From: an uncultured Desulfobacteraceae bacterium
GTDB taxonomy: Bacteria > Desulfobacterota > Desulfobacteria > Desulfobacterales > JAABSP01
Reading direction: 5' to 3'
Length of the DNA stretch: 34,964 bases
NCBI GenBank assembly: GCA_964396575.1
Contig: CAYNGG010000004.1
Span: 1 to 34,964, forward strand
The notes below the pieces were generated by a model. It saw only the letters and a list, made by a program, of their open reading frames with translations, made no database searches and was not told where the DNA came from. Each line of letters opens with the position of its first letter. Position 1 is the stretch's first letter. The translations under genes were made by a program, and so were the position numbers. Shown here in pieces: positions 23,528 to 32,292 of the stretch.

Positions 23528-24238
23528 TCACGCCCCGCCCAGATAGAGCCTCGTCACCTCGGGATCGGCCAGAAGATCAGCGCCGGTCCCGGTCAGGCGG
23601 TTTTCCCCCAGCTCGAGGACGTAGCCCCGATGGGAGACCGACAGCCCCTTCCGGGCGTTTTGCTCCACCAGCAAAAAGGAGATCCCCTCACGGTTCATCC
23701 CGGCGATGGATTCGAAGATCTGGTCCACCACCAGGGGCGCCAGCCCGAGGGAGGGCTCGTCTAAGAGCACGAGCCGGGGGGAGACGATCAGAATCCGGCT
23801 CAGGGCCAAAAGCTGGCGCTGGCCCCCGGAGAGCTCCCGGCAGGGCCGGTCCCGGCGCTCCCCGAGGAGCGGGAAAGTCGCCACCGCCCGGTCGATTCCC
23901 TCCCGGAGCGCCCGGCGGTCCCGGACCCCCGTCCCGGCCATCTCGAGGTTTTCCATCACGGTCAGGTTGGGAAAGATGTTGATTCCCTGGGGGATGAAAA
24001 TGAGGCCCCGGTCGGCCTTGTCCCGGATGCTCAGGCGGGTGACGTCGGCGCCATCGTAGCGGACCGAGCCGGCGGTGGGGATGAGCTGGCCGGCCACGGC
24101 CCGGAGGACGGTCGATTTCCCGGCGCCGTTGGGACCGATGATGCAGACGATCTCCCCGCCGTCCACCGTCAGGCCGACGTCTTTTAAGACGGGGGTTTCG
24201 CCATAGCCGGCGGTGATGCCGTCCACCTCAAGCAACAT
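23528..24238 (-). CDS. livF: Branched-chain amino acid ABC transporter ATP-binding protein LivF
   Basis: 236 aa with Walker A GPNGAGKST, signature LSGGQRQLL, Walker B LVLLDEPS, and the LivF-type C-terminus ...DPEVTRLYLGGA. Confidence 0.9.
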   Translation of the reverse strand: MLLEVDGITAGYGETPVLKDVGLTVDGGEIVCIIGPNGAGKSTVLRAVAGQLIPTAGSVRYDGADVTRLSIRDKADRGLIFIPQGINIFPNLTVMENLEMAGTGVRDRRALREGIDRAVATFPLLGERRDRPCRELSGGQRQLLALSRILIVSPRLVLLDEPSLGLAPLVVDQIFESIAGMNREGISFLLVEQNARKGLSVSHRGYVLELGENRLTGTGADLLADPEVTRLYLGGA

Positions 24239-24992
24239 GGCTCGACCGTCCCAGGTAGGCTTCGATGACCCGCTCGTCGGACCGGGCCGCCGCCGGGGTT
24301 CCCTCGAAGATGAGGGCGCCGGCGTCCATCACCAGGACCCGGTCGCAGAGCTCGCTCACCAGCGGCATGTTGTGCTCGATGAGAAAAATTCGGATGCCGT
24401 CTTCCACCAGGCGGCCGATGGCGTCCACGAGCCGGCGGATGAGGGTGGGGTTGATCCCGGCGGTGGGCTCGTCCAGGAGCACCAGCCGGGGGTCGGCCAT
24501 GAGAACCCGGCCCAGCTCCAGGAGCTTGCCCTGGCCGTAGCTGAGCCGGCCGCCCAGGGCATCGGCCATCAGGTCGAGCTTCAACAGGGAGAGAATCCGG
24601 TCAGCTTTGTCCCTGAGCTTCGCTTCGTCGGCCGCCACCCGCCGGGGGGTCAACAGCACCGGAAGGAGGTTTTCCCCCCGCTGCCGGGGCGCGGCGGCCA
24701 GGAGGTTTTCGGTCACGGTGAGAAACGGGAGAATCCGGGTGTGCTGGAAGGTCCGGACGAGGCCGGCCCGGCTGATGACGTGGGGGGGAAGGCCGGTGAT
24801 CCGACGGTCTCCGAGCCGGATTTCCCCCCGGTCGGCCCGGTAGAAACCGGTGATGAGGTGGAAGAGGGTGGTCTTCCCGCTCCCGTTGGGGCCCACCAGC
24901 CCGGTGATCCCGACATCGCCCAGCTCGAAGGAGACGTGGTCCACGGCCATCAGGCCGCCAAAGGTCTTGACCACGCCGTCGAGGGTCAGCAT
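24228..24992 (-). CDS. livG: Branched-chain amino acid ABC transporter ATP-binding protein LivG
   Basis: The ORF-track entry 24228-25685 is over-extended. The ATG at 24992 gives 254 aa (MLTLDGVVKTFGGLMAVDHVSF..., GPNGSGKTT, LSYGQGKLLEL, LVLLDEPTAG). It overlaps the livM stop and the livF start. Confidence 0.9.
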   Translation of the reverse strand: MLTLDGVVKTFGGLMAVDHVSFELGDVGITGLVGPNGSGKTTLFHLITGFYRADRGEIRLGDRRITGLPPHVISRAGLVRTFQHTRILPFLTVTENLLAAAPRQRGENLLPVLLTPRRVAADEAKLRDKADRILSLLKLDLMADALGGRLSYGQGKLLELGRVLMADPRLVLLDEPTAGINPTLIRRLVDAIGRLVEDGIRIFLIEHNMPLVSELCDRVLVMDAGALIFEGTPAAARSDERVIEAYLGRSSHVA

Positions 24993-25867
24993 GGCCGCTC
25001 CCGGTACTCGGCCAGGATGCCCTGGGGCCGTTTCAACATCAGGATCACCAGGATCAGGCCGTAAGCGGCGCCCTGGATCGGGCCGACATAGGGGGCGAGC
25101 TGGTCCGGGATGGGCAGAAACCGGATCGCCTCGCCGAAAAAGACGATGACCACCGCTCCGATCACCGGCCCCCAAACCGTTCCCCGCCCGCCCAGGACCA
25201 CGCACAGCAGGACCATGATGGTTTCGGTGAGGGTGAAGTCCACCGGGCTGATGTAGGTGATGTAGTGGGCCCAGAGGGCTCCGGCCAGCCCGGCCAGGGT
25301 CGATCCGATGATCACCGCCCGGACCTTGAGCCAGAGGACGTTTTTGCCGAAGGCCCGAGCCACGTGCTCGTCCTCCCGGACCACCTTTAATGCCCGGCCG
25401 AAGGGCGAGGTGGCGATCCGCCACAACAGGAGACCGACCAGGGCGACGATTCCGATGCAGATCGCCAGGATGACCGGCAGCCCGGCGACGCCGGCCGGAA
25501 TCCAGTCCGGCCGGGGGATGCCGGGCAGGCCCATGGGGCCTTTGGTAAGCCACCTTTCGTTTAAAAACACCAGCCGGGCCATCTCCCCGAAGGCCAGGGT
25601 GGCGATCCCGAAATAGTCTCCGGAAAGCCGGAGGGCCGGGACGGCGAGAAGCCCGCCGGCCGCTCCGGCGGCGGCCAGGGCGCACAGGACGCTAAACGGG
25701 ACCGGCCACCCCGCCAGGCTCAAGAGCGCCGACGTATAGGCCCCGATCCCGAAAAAGGCCACGTGGCCGAAGTTGTAGAGCCCGGTGTAGCCCAGCTCCA
25801 GGTTGAGCGACATGGCAAAGATCGCGTAAATGGCCGCGACGATGACGATGTGGATGAGGTAGTCCAC
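24986..25867 (-). CDS. livM: Branched-chain amino acid ABC transporter permease LivM
   Basis: The ORF-track entry 24986-26020 overlaps livH by about 150 nt. I prefer the GTG at 25867, 4 nt after the livH stop (VDYLIHIVIVAAIYAIFAMSLNLELGYTGLYNFGHVAFFGIGAY...). Confidence 0.85.
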   Translation of the reverse strand: MDYLIHIVIVAAIYAIFAMSLNLELGYTGLYNFGHVAFFGIGAYTSALLSLAGWPVPFSVLCALAAAGAAGGLLAVPALRLSGDYFGIATLAFGEMARLVFLNERWLTKGPMGLPGIPRPDWIPAGVAGLPVILAICIGIVALVGLLLWRIATSPFGRALKVVREDEHVARAFGKNVLWLKVRAVIIGSTLAGLAGALWAHYITYISPVDFTLTETIMVLLCVVLGGRGTVWGPVIGAVVIVFFGEAIRFLPIPDQLAPYVGPIQGAAYGLILVILMLKRPQGILAEYRERPC

Positions 25868-25871
25868 GGCG

Positions 25872-26750
25872 CTATCGGACCCCGCCGATGATCCCGAAGA
25901 TCCCCTGGGGCCGGAAAAGGAGCAAAACGATGATAAGACCGAAGGAGATGAAGTCCTTGTAGCCGGGGGAGAAAAAGGCCACGCCGAGGTTTTCGGCCAC
26001 TCCGATAAAGAGCCCGCCAAGGAGCGCCCCCCAGACGTTCCCGGCCCCGCCCAACAGCACCGCCGCGAATGCCTTAATCAGGTTGGTCAGGCCCATCATC
26101 GGCTCGAGATTGGTGTCCATGGCCAGAAGAATCCCGCCGATCCCCGAAAAGAGGGCCGCCAGGGCCCAGACGGTCCGGCTCACCCGGACCATGTCGATCC
26201 CCATGATCCCGGCCAGCTCCAGATTGTCGGCCGCGGCCCGGAGCCGCTTGCCCAGAAGGGTCCGGGTGAGGAGAACGTAGAGAAAGGTGAGCGAGACCAC
26301 CGCCGTGATCATGATGGCGATCTGGGTGGGGGTGATGGTGATGCCCCCCGGCAGCCGGTATCCCCGAACCAGCCCGAGCCCGTAAGTGGTCAGGTCCGAT
26401 CCCCAGATCAGGCGAATAGCGTTTCGGAGCAGGTAGGACAGGCCGATCGAGGCGATGAGCAGGGTAATCCGGTCCCGGGACCTCAGGGGGGCATAGACAA
26501 ACCGGTCCTGGGCCAGCCCCAGGGCGACGGTCACGGCGAGAGCCGGGATCGCCGCCACCGGCAGGGGCAGGGAGAAGGGCGGGGCCATGAACAGGAGCGG
26601 AAGGTAGGCCCCCCAGGCGATCAGCTCGCCATGGGCGAAGTTGATGAACCGGAAAACCCCGTAAACCATGGTCAGGCCCACGGCGAACATCGCGTAGATC
26701 GACCCGGCGATGACCCCGTTGGCCGTCAGTTGGAGGTAATAGGCGAGCAT
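25872..26750 (-). CDS. livH: Branched-chain amino acid ABC transporter permease LivH
   Basis: 292 aa multi-pass membrane protein: MLAYYLQLTANGVIAGSIYAMFAVGLTMVYGVFRFINFAHGE... Confidence 0.9.
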   Translation of the reverse strand: MLAYYLQLTANGVIAGSIYAMFAVGLTMVYGVFRFINFAHGELIAWGAYLPLLFMAPPFSLPLPVAAIPALAVTVALGLAQDRFVYAPLRSRDRITLLIASIGLSYLLRNAIRLIWGSDLTTYGLGLVRGYRLPGGITITPTQIAIMITAVVSLTFLYVLLTRTLLGKRLRAAADNLELAGIMGIDMVRVSRTVWALAALFSGIGGILLAMDTNLEPMMGLTNLIKAFAAVLLGGAGNVWGALLGGLFIGVAENLGVAFFSPGYKDFISFGLIIVLLLFRPQGIFGIIGGVR

Positions 26751-26768
26751 GGAAAGGATGGGCCGGGG

Positions 26769-27887
26769 CTATTTGTAATCGATGATCTCCCCGTCCTTAA
26801 CGGTCCACCGGCCGTATTCAGCCCCCACATCGCCGTTCGGGTCGAAGGATTTGTCGCCGGTCACCCCGACATAGCCATGGCTCACCTTCATGAGGGCGAC
26901 CCGGATGGCGGGGGCTTCGAGCTGGTCCGCGGCCCGGAGGGCCATGGCCGTGAGCTTCACCATGTCGTAGTTGTACTCCCCGAAGATGGGGGTTTTCTCG
27001 CCGGGGTATTTCTTGTCCCAGGCCGCTTTGAAGGCTTTGTACTGGGGGGTGTCCTGGGAGAAGGTGGGGTAGGTCCCGATGACGCCCTCGGCGGCAACCC
27101 CGGCCAGCTCCACCAGCTTGGGCGACTTTGACGCCGATCCCATGAGCCACTGGACGGAGAGGCCCGACTCATAGGCCTGCTTGAGCATCGTGGCCGCCTC
27201 CTTGATGTAGGTCAGGTTGACCACGGCTTTCGGCTTGTGGCGGGCGATCCGGAGCAGCTCGCTCCGATAGTCGGTCTTGCCCTCGTCATGGCCCAGCTCG
27301 TCGATGATCGACCCGCCGGCCCGGACGTATTCCCGGAGGAAGACCTCAGCCAGGCCCACGCCCCAGTCGTTGTTGACGTAAGTCAGGACCACCTCTTCAT
27401 ATCCCAGGCCCCGGGCCAGCTCGGCCACGCCCTCGCCCTGGAGGGTGTCCGAGGGAAAGACCCGGAAGACGAAGCTGCCACAGGTGCTGATGTCCTCGGC
27501 GGCGCTCTCCGCTCCAATGAGGACGGTTTCATTTTGCTGAGCAATGGGGCAGACGGCGAGGAAATTGGATGAGGCGGCCGGTCCGAAGATCACCGGGAGC
27601 TTATTCACGGTGATCAGCTTCTGGATGGCTGAAACCGAGCCCTTGGAGGTGGAGGTGTTGTCCTCGAAAACGATCTCCATGGGCCGGCCGTTGATCCCGC
27701 CTTCGGCGTTGACCTCCTCGAGCGCCAGATACATGGCCTTCTGGAAGCCCTCACCGTAAACGGCGAGCTTCCCGGTGAGCGGGGTTACCGACCCGACCCG
27801 CACCGGCTCCGGTTCCGCGTATCCGGTCCCCGCCATGCCCCAGGTCAACACCACCGCCGCCACGACAATCCAGACGATTCGCTTCAT
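26769..27887 (-). CDS. Branched-chain amino acid ABC transporter substrate-binding protein (LivK/LivJ-like)
   Basis: 372 aa with a signal peptide, then VRVGSVTPLTGKLAVYGEGFQKAMYLALEEVNAEGGINGRPMEIVFEDN, typical of the type I periplasmic binding fold. Confidence 0.9.
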   Translation of the reverse strand: MKRIVWIVVAAVVLTWGMAGTGYAEPEPVRVGSVTPLTGKLAVYGEGFQKAMYLALEEVNAEGGINGRPMEIVFEDNTSTSKGSVSAIQKLITVNKLPVIFGPAASSNFLAVCPIAQQNETVLIGAESAAEDISTCGSFVFRVFPSDTLQGEGVAELARGLGYEEVVLTYVNNDWGVGLAEVFLREYVRAGGSIIDELGHDEGKTDYRSELLRIARHKPKAVVNLTYIKEAATMLKQAYESGLSVQWLMGSASKSPKLVELAGVAAEGVIGTYPTFSQDTPQYKAFKAAWDKKYPGEKTPIFGEYNYDMVKLTAMALRAADQLEAPAIRVALMKVSHGYVGVTGDKSFDPNGDVGAEYGRWTVKDGEIIDYK

Positions 27888-28053
27888 AACGCGCTCCTTT
27901 ACGGATAGAATTTACAGCCCGTGGCCCGCCGTCGGCCACTCGAACCTGTATAGTACGGGCAGGCCCCCGGAGTCAATCCGCTGCCGGGGCTTCAGCCCCC
28001 GGAGCGGCAAGGAGAACGCCGGGAGCGGTGAAGCAGGAAACCGGGTCTGCCGG

Positions 28054-30546
28054 TCAGGCCGCTTCGGCGCGCATCCGCCGGCGGATCTCGAGGGTTTCGA
28101 GGGCCAGGCGGATGGCGTCCTTGAGCTCCGGTCGCTGGTCCATGTATCCGGTCATGAAATCGCGGACGGCGTCGGGCTGGTGGATGCCGCAACCGGGGAT
28201 CAGGGCGACCACCACCCGCTCGTAGAGCAGCGGGTGCATTGCCTCCAGGGCTTCCCGCCGGGAGATGAACCAGTCCCACATCAGCGGGGCGGCGTCCGGG
28301 TTGCCGGCCAGGACCGACAGGGGGATGAACCGGTTCCGGTCCGGCACCGAGCTTAGGACATACTCGCGGACCTTCCGGATGGCCCCCTCGTGGCGGAAGC
28401 AGCCCATGGCGGTCAGGATGTTCATCCGCTCGTGCTCGCTCTCGGCCGCTTCGAGCCGCCGGCGGAACCAGGTCAAGGTGGACTCGTCCCCGGCCCTTGC
28501 CCCGGCCTGGAGGACGCTTTTGAGGATATCGGCCGGGACATCCCGGCCGGCGGTGAGGTCGGCGAACCGGTCCCCTAGCTCAGCCTGGGTCGGCTCGGAA
28601 CCGTAGAACGCGGCGTGCCAGAGGAGCTGATCCCGAAGGACGGCCACCGGGTGAGGCTCGTCGGGGGCCGGCGCCATCCCGATGTCGGCCAGGACATTGT
28701 CGAAGAGGGTCCGGCCCACCTCGGCGATCCGGTCCCGGGTGGAACCGTCGAAGATCCCGTAGGCCGATCTGAGGTTGTCCGAAATGCCCATCAGGGGCAG
28801 ATAGGCCCGCTCGGCGCGGTAGTGGGTCAGAAAGGCCAGAAAGCGCCGGACGCTCACCTCGGCGGCGGTGACCCGGGCATAAAGGTCGTTCTGGAGGCCC
28901 CACCGGTCCACCGGGTCCAGGTCTCCGGACGAAACCCGCTCGCCCAGGGCGTCCAGGTCGGCATCATCTGAGTATCGAACCCGGAAAAACCCGGTCTGCC
29001 GGTCGTTGACTTTGTAAGCCGCCACGCCGGGCCCGATCTTCAGCTCGGCCGACCGGCCGGTCATCCGGACCGAGGCCGTCCGTTGGCCGCCGTCCTCGCC
29101 GAAAAGCCGGACCGAGACCGGAATCAGCCAGGTGGCGTCCGAATCGTTGGGCAGGCAGGTAAACCGGCGCTGGGTCAGGTGGAGGGTCTCCTCCGTCCGC
29201 CGGACGGTCACGGCCGGATAGCCCGGCTGCTCGATCCAGGTCCGCATGGTCTCGACCACGGGCATCTCCGAAGCCGCCTCGAAGGCCTCCCAGAGGTTCC
29301 GGCTTTCGGCGCAGGCGTAAGCATGAGTGGTGAGGTACCGCCGGAGGCCGGCCTGAAAGGCATCAGCGCCGATGTCCCCCTCGATCTGCCGGAGGATGGC
29401 GCCGCCCTTGTTGTAGATGATGGGCGCGGTGGCGGTGTTGATCACCACGTGCTCGCCGCCGGGGATCTCGATGGCAAAGGTCTCGTGGAGTGCGTCCCGG
29501 GTGAGAGCCCGGTCGGTCTGGCTCAGGAGAAAAGTCTCCCAGACCCCCCAGTCCGGATGGCGATTGGCCACCACCCCGAACCCGAAATAGGTGGCAAAGC
29601 TTTCGTTGAGCCAGAGATACCGCCAGTCGGACGGGGTGACCAGATTGCCGAACCACTGATGAGCGATCTCGTGGGCGATCACCTCGCAGATCCGTTCGGC
29701 CCCGGCCCGTGAGGTAAACCCCGGGTAGTGGAGCAGAAGGTTTTCCCGGAAGGTGATGGCCCCCCAGTTTTCCATGGCCCCGAAGGCGAAATCGGGCACG
29801 GCGATCAGGTCCATCTTGGGCAGGGGATAGTCGATGCCGTAATAAGCCTCGCAATAGTGGAGGGCCTCCCGGCCGAAGGCGAGGCCGAAGTCGCCGTACC
29901 GGCTCCGGCCGGGCAGGGCCAACAGCCGAACCCGGGAATCCACCGGGTCGCTGATGGTCTCAAAGGGCCCGACCCCGAAAAAGAGGAGATAGGTGGACAT
30001 CCTCGGGGTCCGCTCAAAGGCGACCCGGATATTGCCCGATTCGGCTTCCGCCGTCCGGGCCACCGGGGTGTTGGAGACCGCGACCAGCTCCCGGTCGATA
30101 ATCATTTCGACCTCGAACGTGGCCTTGGCCACCGGGTGGTCGATGCAGGGAAAGGCCCGCCGGGCATCGCTTTCCTGGAACTGGGTGATGGCGATATACC
30201 CTTGGCCCCCATCGATTGGGTATCGGCTCCGGTAAAACCCGGCCATCCGGTCGTTGATCTCGCCGGTGTAATCGACCGTCAGCGTGATGTCGCCGGAGAC
30301 CGTCTCCGTTATCGGCAGATCGATCACCATGCGCTCGGCGCCGGGGTCAACGGAGACCTCGGCATCGGCCCGTCCCGCTTCGGTCTCGGCCTCGCATCGG
30401 GTCACGGTCAGGTCGATGGCGTGGAGAGACACCAGTGATACCGGCGCGTCGGCGTGGAGGGTGATCACCGCCCGGCCGGAAAAGGTGAAGGCCGTCAGGT
30501 CAGGCTCGATGATCAGGTGGTAGTGGATCGGAGTGATGGGCTGCAT
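28054..30546 (-). CDS. pepN: M1-family zinc aminopeptidase (PepN-like)
   Basis: 830 aa with the exopeptidase motif FGAMENWG, zinc motif HEIAHQWFGNLVT...WLNESFA, and an ERAP1-like C-terminal helical domain. Confidence 0.9.
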   Translation of the reverse strand: MQPITPIHYHLIIEPDLTAFTFSGRAVITLHADAPVSLVSLHAIDLTVTRCEAETEAGRADAEVSVDPGAERMVIDLPITETVSGDITLTVDYTGEINDRMAGFYRSRYPIDGGQGYIAITQFQESDARRAFPCIDHPVAKATFEVEMIIDRELVAVSNTPVARTAEAESGNIRVAFERTPRMSTYLLFFGVGPFETISDPVDSRVRLLALPGRSRYGDFGLAFGREALHYCEAYYGIDYPLPKMDLIAVPDFAFGAMENWGAITFRENLLLHYPGFTSRAGAERICEVIAHEIAHQWFGNLVTPSDWRYLWLNESFATYFGFGVVANRHPDWGVWETFLLSQTDRALTRDALHETFAIEIPGGEHVVINTATAPIIYNKGGAILRQIEGDIGADAFQAGLRRYLTTHAYACAESRNLWEAFEAASEMPVVETMRTWIEQPGYPAVTVRRTEETLHLTQRRFTCLPNDSDATWLIPVSVRLFGEDGGQRTASVRMTGRSAELKIGPGVAAYKVNDRQTGFFRVRYSDDADLDALGERVSSGDLDPVDRWGLQNDLYARVTAAEVSVRRFLAFLTHYRAERAYLPLMGISDNLRSAYGIFDGSTRDRIAEVGRTLFDNVLADIGMAPAPDEPHPVAVLRDQLLWHAAFYGSEPTQAELGDRFADLTAGRDVPADILKSVLQAGARAGDESTLTWFRRRLEAAESEHERMNILTAMGCFRHEGAIRKVREYVLSSVPDRNRFIPLSVLAGNPDAAPLMWDWFISRREALEAMHPLLYERVVVALIPGCGIHQPDAVRDFMTGYMDQRPELKDAIRLALETLEIRRRMRAEAA

Positions 30547-30547
30547 A

Positions 30548-31555
30548 TCAGGCCTCCGGCGCGGGCTGAGCCATTTGCCAGGTCAAGAGGATGCCGCCCC
30601 AGGTGAACCCGGCCCCGAAGGCCGAGATCACCACCGGGTCTCCGGGGGAGAGGCGCCCGGCCGCATAAGCCTCGGACATGGCCATGGGGATGGTGGCGGC
30701 GGTGGTGTTGCCATACCGCTGGATGTTGATCATCACCTGATCGGGGCGGAGATTGAGCTTCCGGGCCACTGCGTCAATGATCCGGTAGTTGGCCTGATGA
30801 GGGATGAGGAGCTTGAGGGCGGCGGGGTCCACCCCGTTGCGGTCCAGCAGGCGGGCGGCGACATCGGCCATGGCGTTGACCGCGTGCTTGAAGACCACCC
30901 GGCCGTCCTGGTAAACGTAATGCCGGCGGGCATCGACCGTTTCGTGCGAGGCCGGCTCGATGGCCCCGCCGGCGGCGATGTAGAGATAGGGGGCCCCGGT
31001 CCCGTCGAGGTGGAGCTCGAAATCGGTGATCCCGGCGTCGTCTGAATCGGCCGGGCAGAGAACCACCGCGCCGGCGGCGTCTCCAAAGAGGATGCAGGTG
31101 TTCCGGTCCTGGTAGTCGGTAATGGCGCTCATTTTGTCGGCGCCCACCACGAGGACGCGGCGGTGTCGGCCGGCCTCGATAAACTGGGCTCCGGTGGTCA
31201 GAGCACAGAGGAACCCCGCGCACCCGCCGTTGATGTCGAACCCCCAGCACCGGTCCGCCCCGAGGGCGTCCTGGACGTAGGCGGCCATGGATGGCACCGG
31301 CCGGTCCGGGGTCACGGTGGCGACAATGACGAGATCCAGGTCCGACGGCGACACCCCGGCCCGGTCCAGGGCCATCCGGGCGGCCGGGACCGCCATCTCC
31401 GAGGTCCCCGTTTCGGGGTCGAGTATCCGTCGCTCCTTGATCCCGGTCCGGGTGGTGATCCACTCGTCGTTGGTGTCCACCATCCGCTCGAGGTCCGCGT
31501 TGGTCAGCTTTCGGTCCGGCGCAAAATGGCCGACTCCGCTAATAATCGCTCGCAT
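30548..31555 (-). CDS. fabH: Beta-ketoacyl-ACP synthase III
   Basis: 335 aa with DEWITTRTGIKERR and the Cys in NGGCAGFLCAL, His in IPHQANYRI, Asn in YGNTTAATIP. Its stop lies 1 nt from the pepN start. Confidence 0.9.
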   Translation of the reverse strand: MRAIISGVGHFAPDRKLTNADLERMVDTNDEWITTRTGIKERRILDPETGTSEMAVPAARMALDRAGVSPSDLDLVIVATVTPDRPVPSMAAYVQDALGADRCWGFDINGGCAGFLCALTTGAQFIEAGRHRRVLVVGADKMSAITDYQDRNTCILFGDAAGAVVLCPADSDDAGITDFELHLDGTGAPYLYIAAGGAIEPASHETVDARRHYVYQDGRVVFKHAVNAMADVAARLLDRNGVDPAALKLLIPHQANYRIIDAVARKLNLRPDQVMINIQRYGNTTAATIPMAMSEAYAAGRLSPGDPVVISAFGAGFTWGGILLTWQMAQPAPEA

Positions 31556-31560
31556 CGATT

Positions 31561-31606
31561 CAATTTCCGGTCAATTTCCGGTTGATTCCGGTTAAGGTTT
31601 CCCGGT
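31561..31606 (-). repeat. Four tandem ~10-14-nt units containing ACCGG(G)AA immediately upstream of the fabH start
   Basis: The minus-strand leader reads UCCCCUAACCGGGAAACCUUAACCGGAAUCAACCGGAAAUUGACCGGAAAUUGAAUCG-AUG. The two units nearest the start are exact 11-mers (plus-strand caatttccggt at 31561-31571 and 31572-31582). Confidence 0.85.
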
Positions 31607-31613
31607 TAGGGGA

Positions 31614-31988
31614 TCAGCGGGGATAGACCCCATGGTTATAGATGTAGTCGTAGTAGTAGTCGTTGTAGCCGTCGTCGATGGAATCGTCGATCTCCTCGCC
31701 TTTGGCCAGGGGATCGTCATCCTGGACCCGTTGGACGTAATCAAGCCAGAGCTTTTTAGAAAAGCGGTAGAGCCGCTGCTTGAGGTTGGCCGGGTCCTCG
31801 ATGACGCCTCCGTGGGCTCCGTGAAACCGGTCCACGGCGGCAAGCACCGACTTGACGTTCCGGATGTATTCGGTGTCGTCCTGGATGTCCGCCACAAACC
31901 GCTGGTGGATGTGGACCAGGATGTCCCGGGCCATCTCCTCGGCCGCCTCGGCGGCCGTCAATTCCGCTTTTTCCGAAGGGCTTCCCAT
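31614..31988 (-). CDS. Hypothetical 124-aa protein with Asp/Tyr-rich C-terminal tail
   Basis: The ORF has GC-rich third positions like its neighbours. It ends ...EEIDDSIDDGYNDYYYDYIYNHGVYPR. No family recognised. Confidence 0.55.
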   Translation of the reverse strand: MGSPSEKAELTAAEAAEEMARDILVHIHQRFVADIQDDTEYIRNVKSVLAAVDRFHGAHGGVIEDPANLKQRLYRFSKKLWLDYVQRVQDDDPLAKGEEIDDSIDDGYNDYYYDYIYNHGVYPR

Positions 31989-32195
31989 GAGCTAAATCCT
32001 TCCCCCGGCCGTCGCGCCGGCAAATGGCGTCCGCCGAGCCCGATCATTCCGCCGCGCCCCCCGGCGCGCGAATTCGATCTTCAATAGCAAAGCCCCCCGT
32101 TTCCGTCAACCGTTTAAGGGGTCCGGTCGGCTCGAAGTGGATTGCCGCCGCGTTGTCCGGGGGCATGGGAGTCGAGGCGCCAAATCCCTTTTTCG

Positions 32196-32224
32196 TTGAC
32201 AAGATCGGGGCGGCCAAGTAGATT
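32196..32224 (+). promoter_or_regulatory. Candidate sigma70 promoter for the nfeD-nfeD-floA operon
   Basis: TTGACA (32196-32201), a 17-nt spacer, then TAGATT (32219-32224), about 70 nt upstream of the ATG at 32293. Confidence 0.4.
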
Positions 32225-32292
32225 GATGGCTGGTTGGATGGTACGTTAACCCCAATGGAGACGGGCATTTTACCCCCTTTCAAACATACCTG

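Noticed and set aside
24993-25685. N-terminal 231-codon extension of the livG ORF in the track (24228-25685)
   Set aside because: The extension is Arg/Gly/Pro-rich and overlaps livM out of frame. The canonical LivG N-terminus begins at the ATG at 24992.
25868-26020. N-terminal extension of livM in the ORF track
   Set aside because: It would overlap livH by about 150 nt. The GTG at 25867, directly after the livH stop, gives a normal LivM N-terminus.
27930-28010. Possible liv promoter (TTGACT-N18-TATACA on the minus strand) and an imperfect GC hairpin after pepN
   Set aside because: The -10 match and spacing are poor, and the hairpin has an unpaired base and no T-run. Too weak to list as features.
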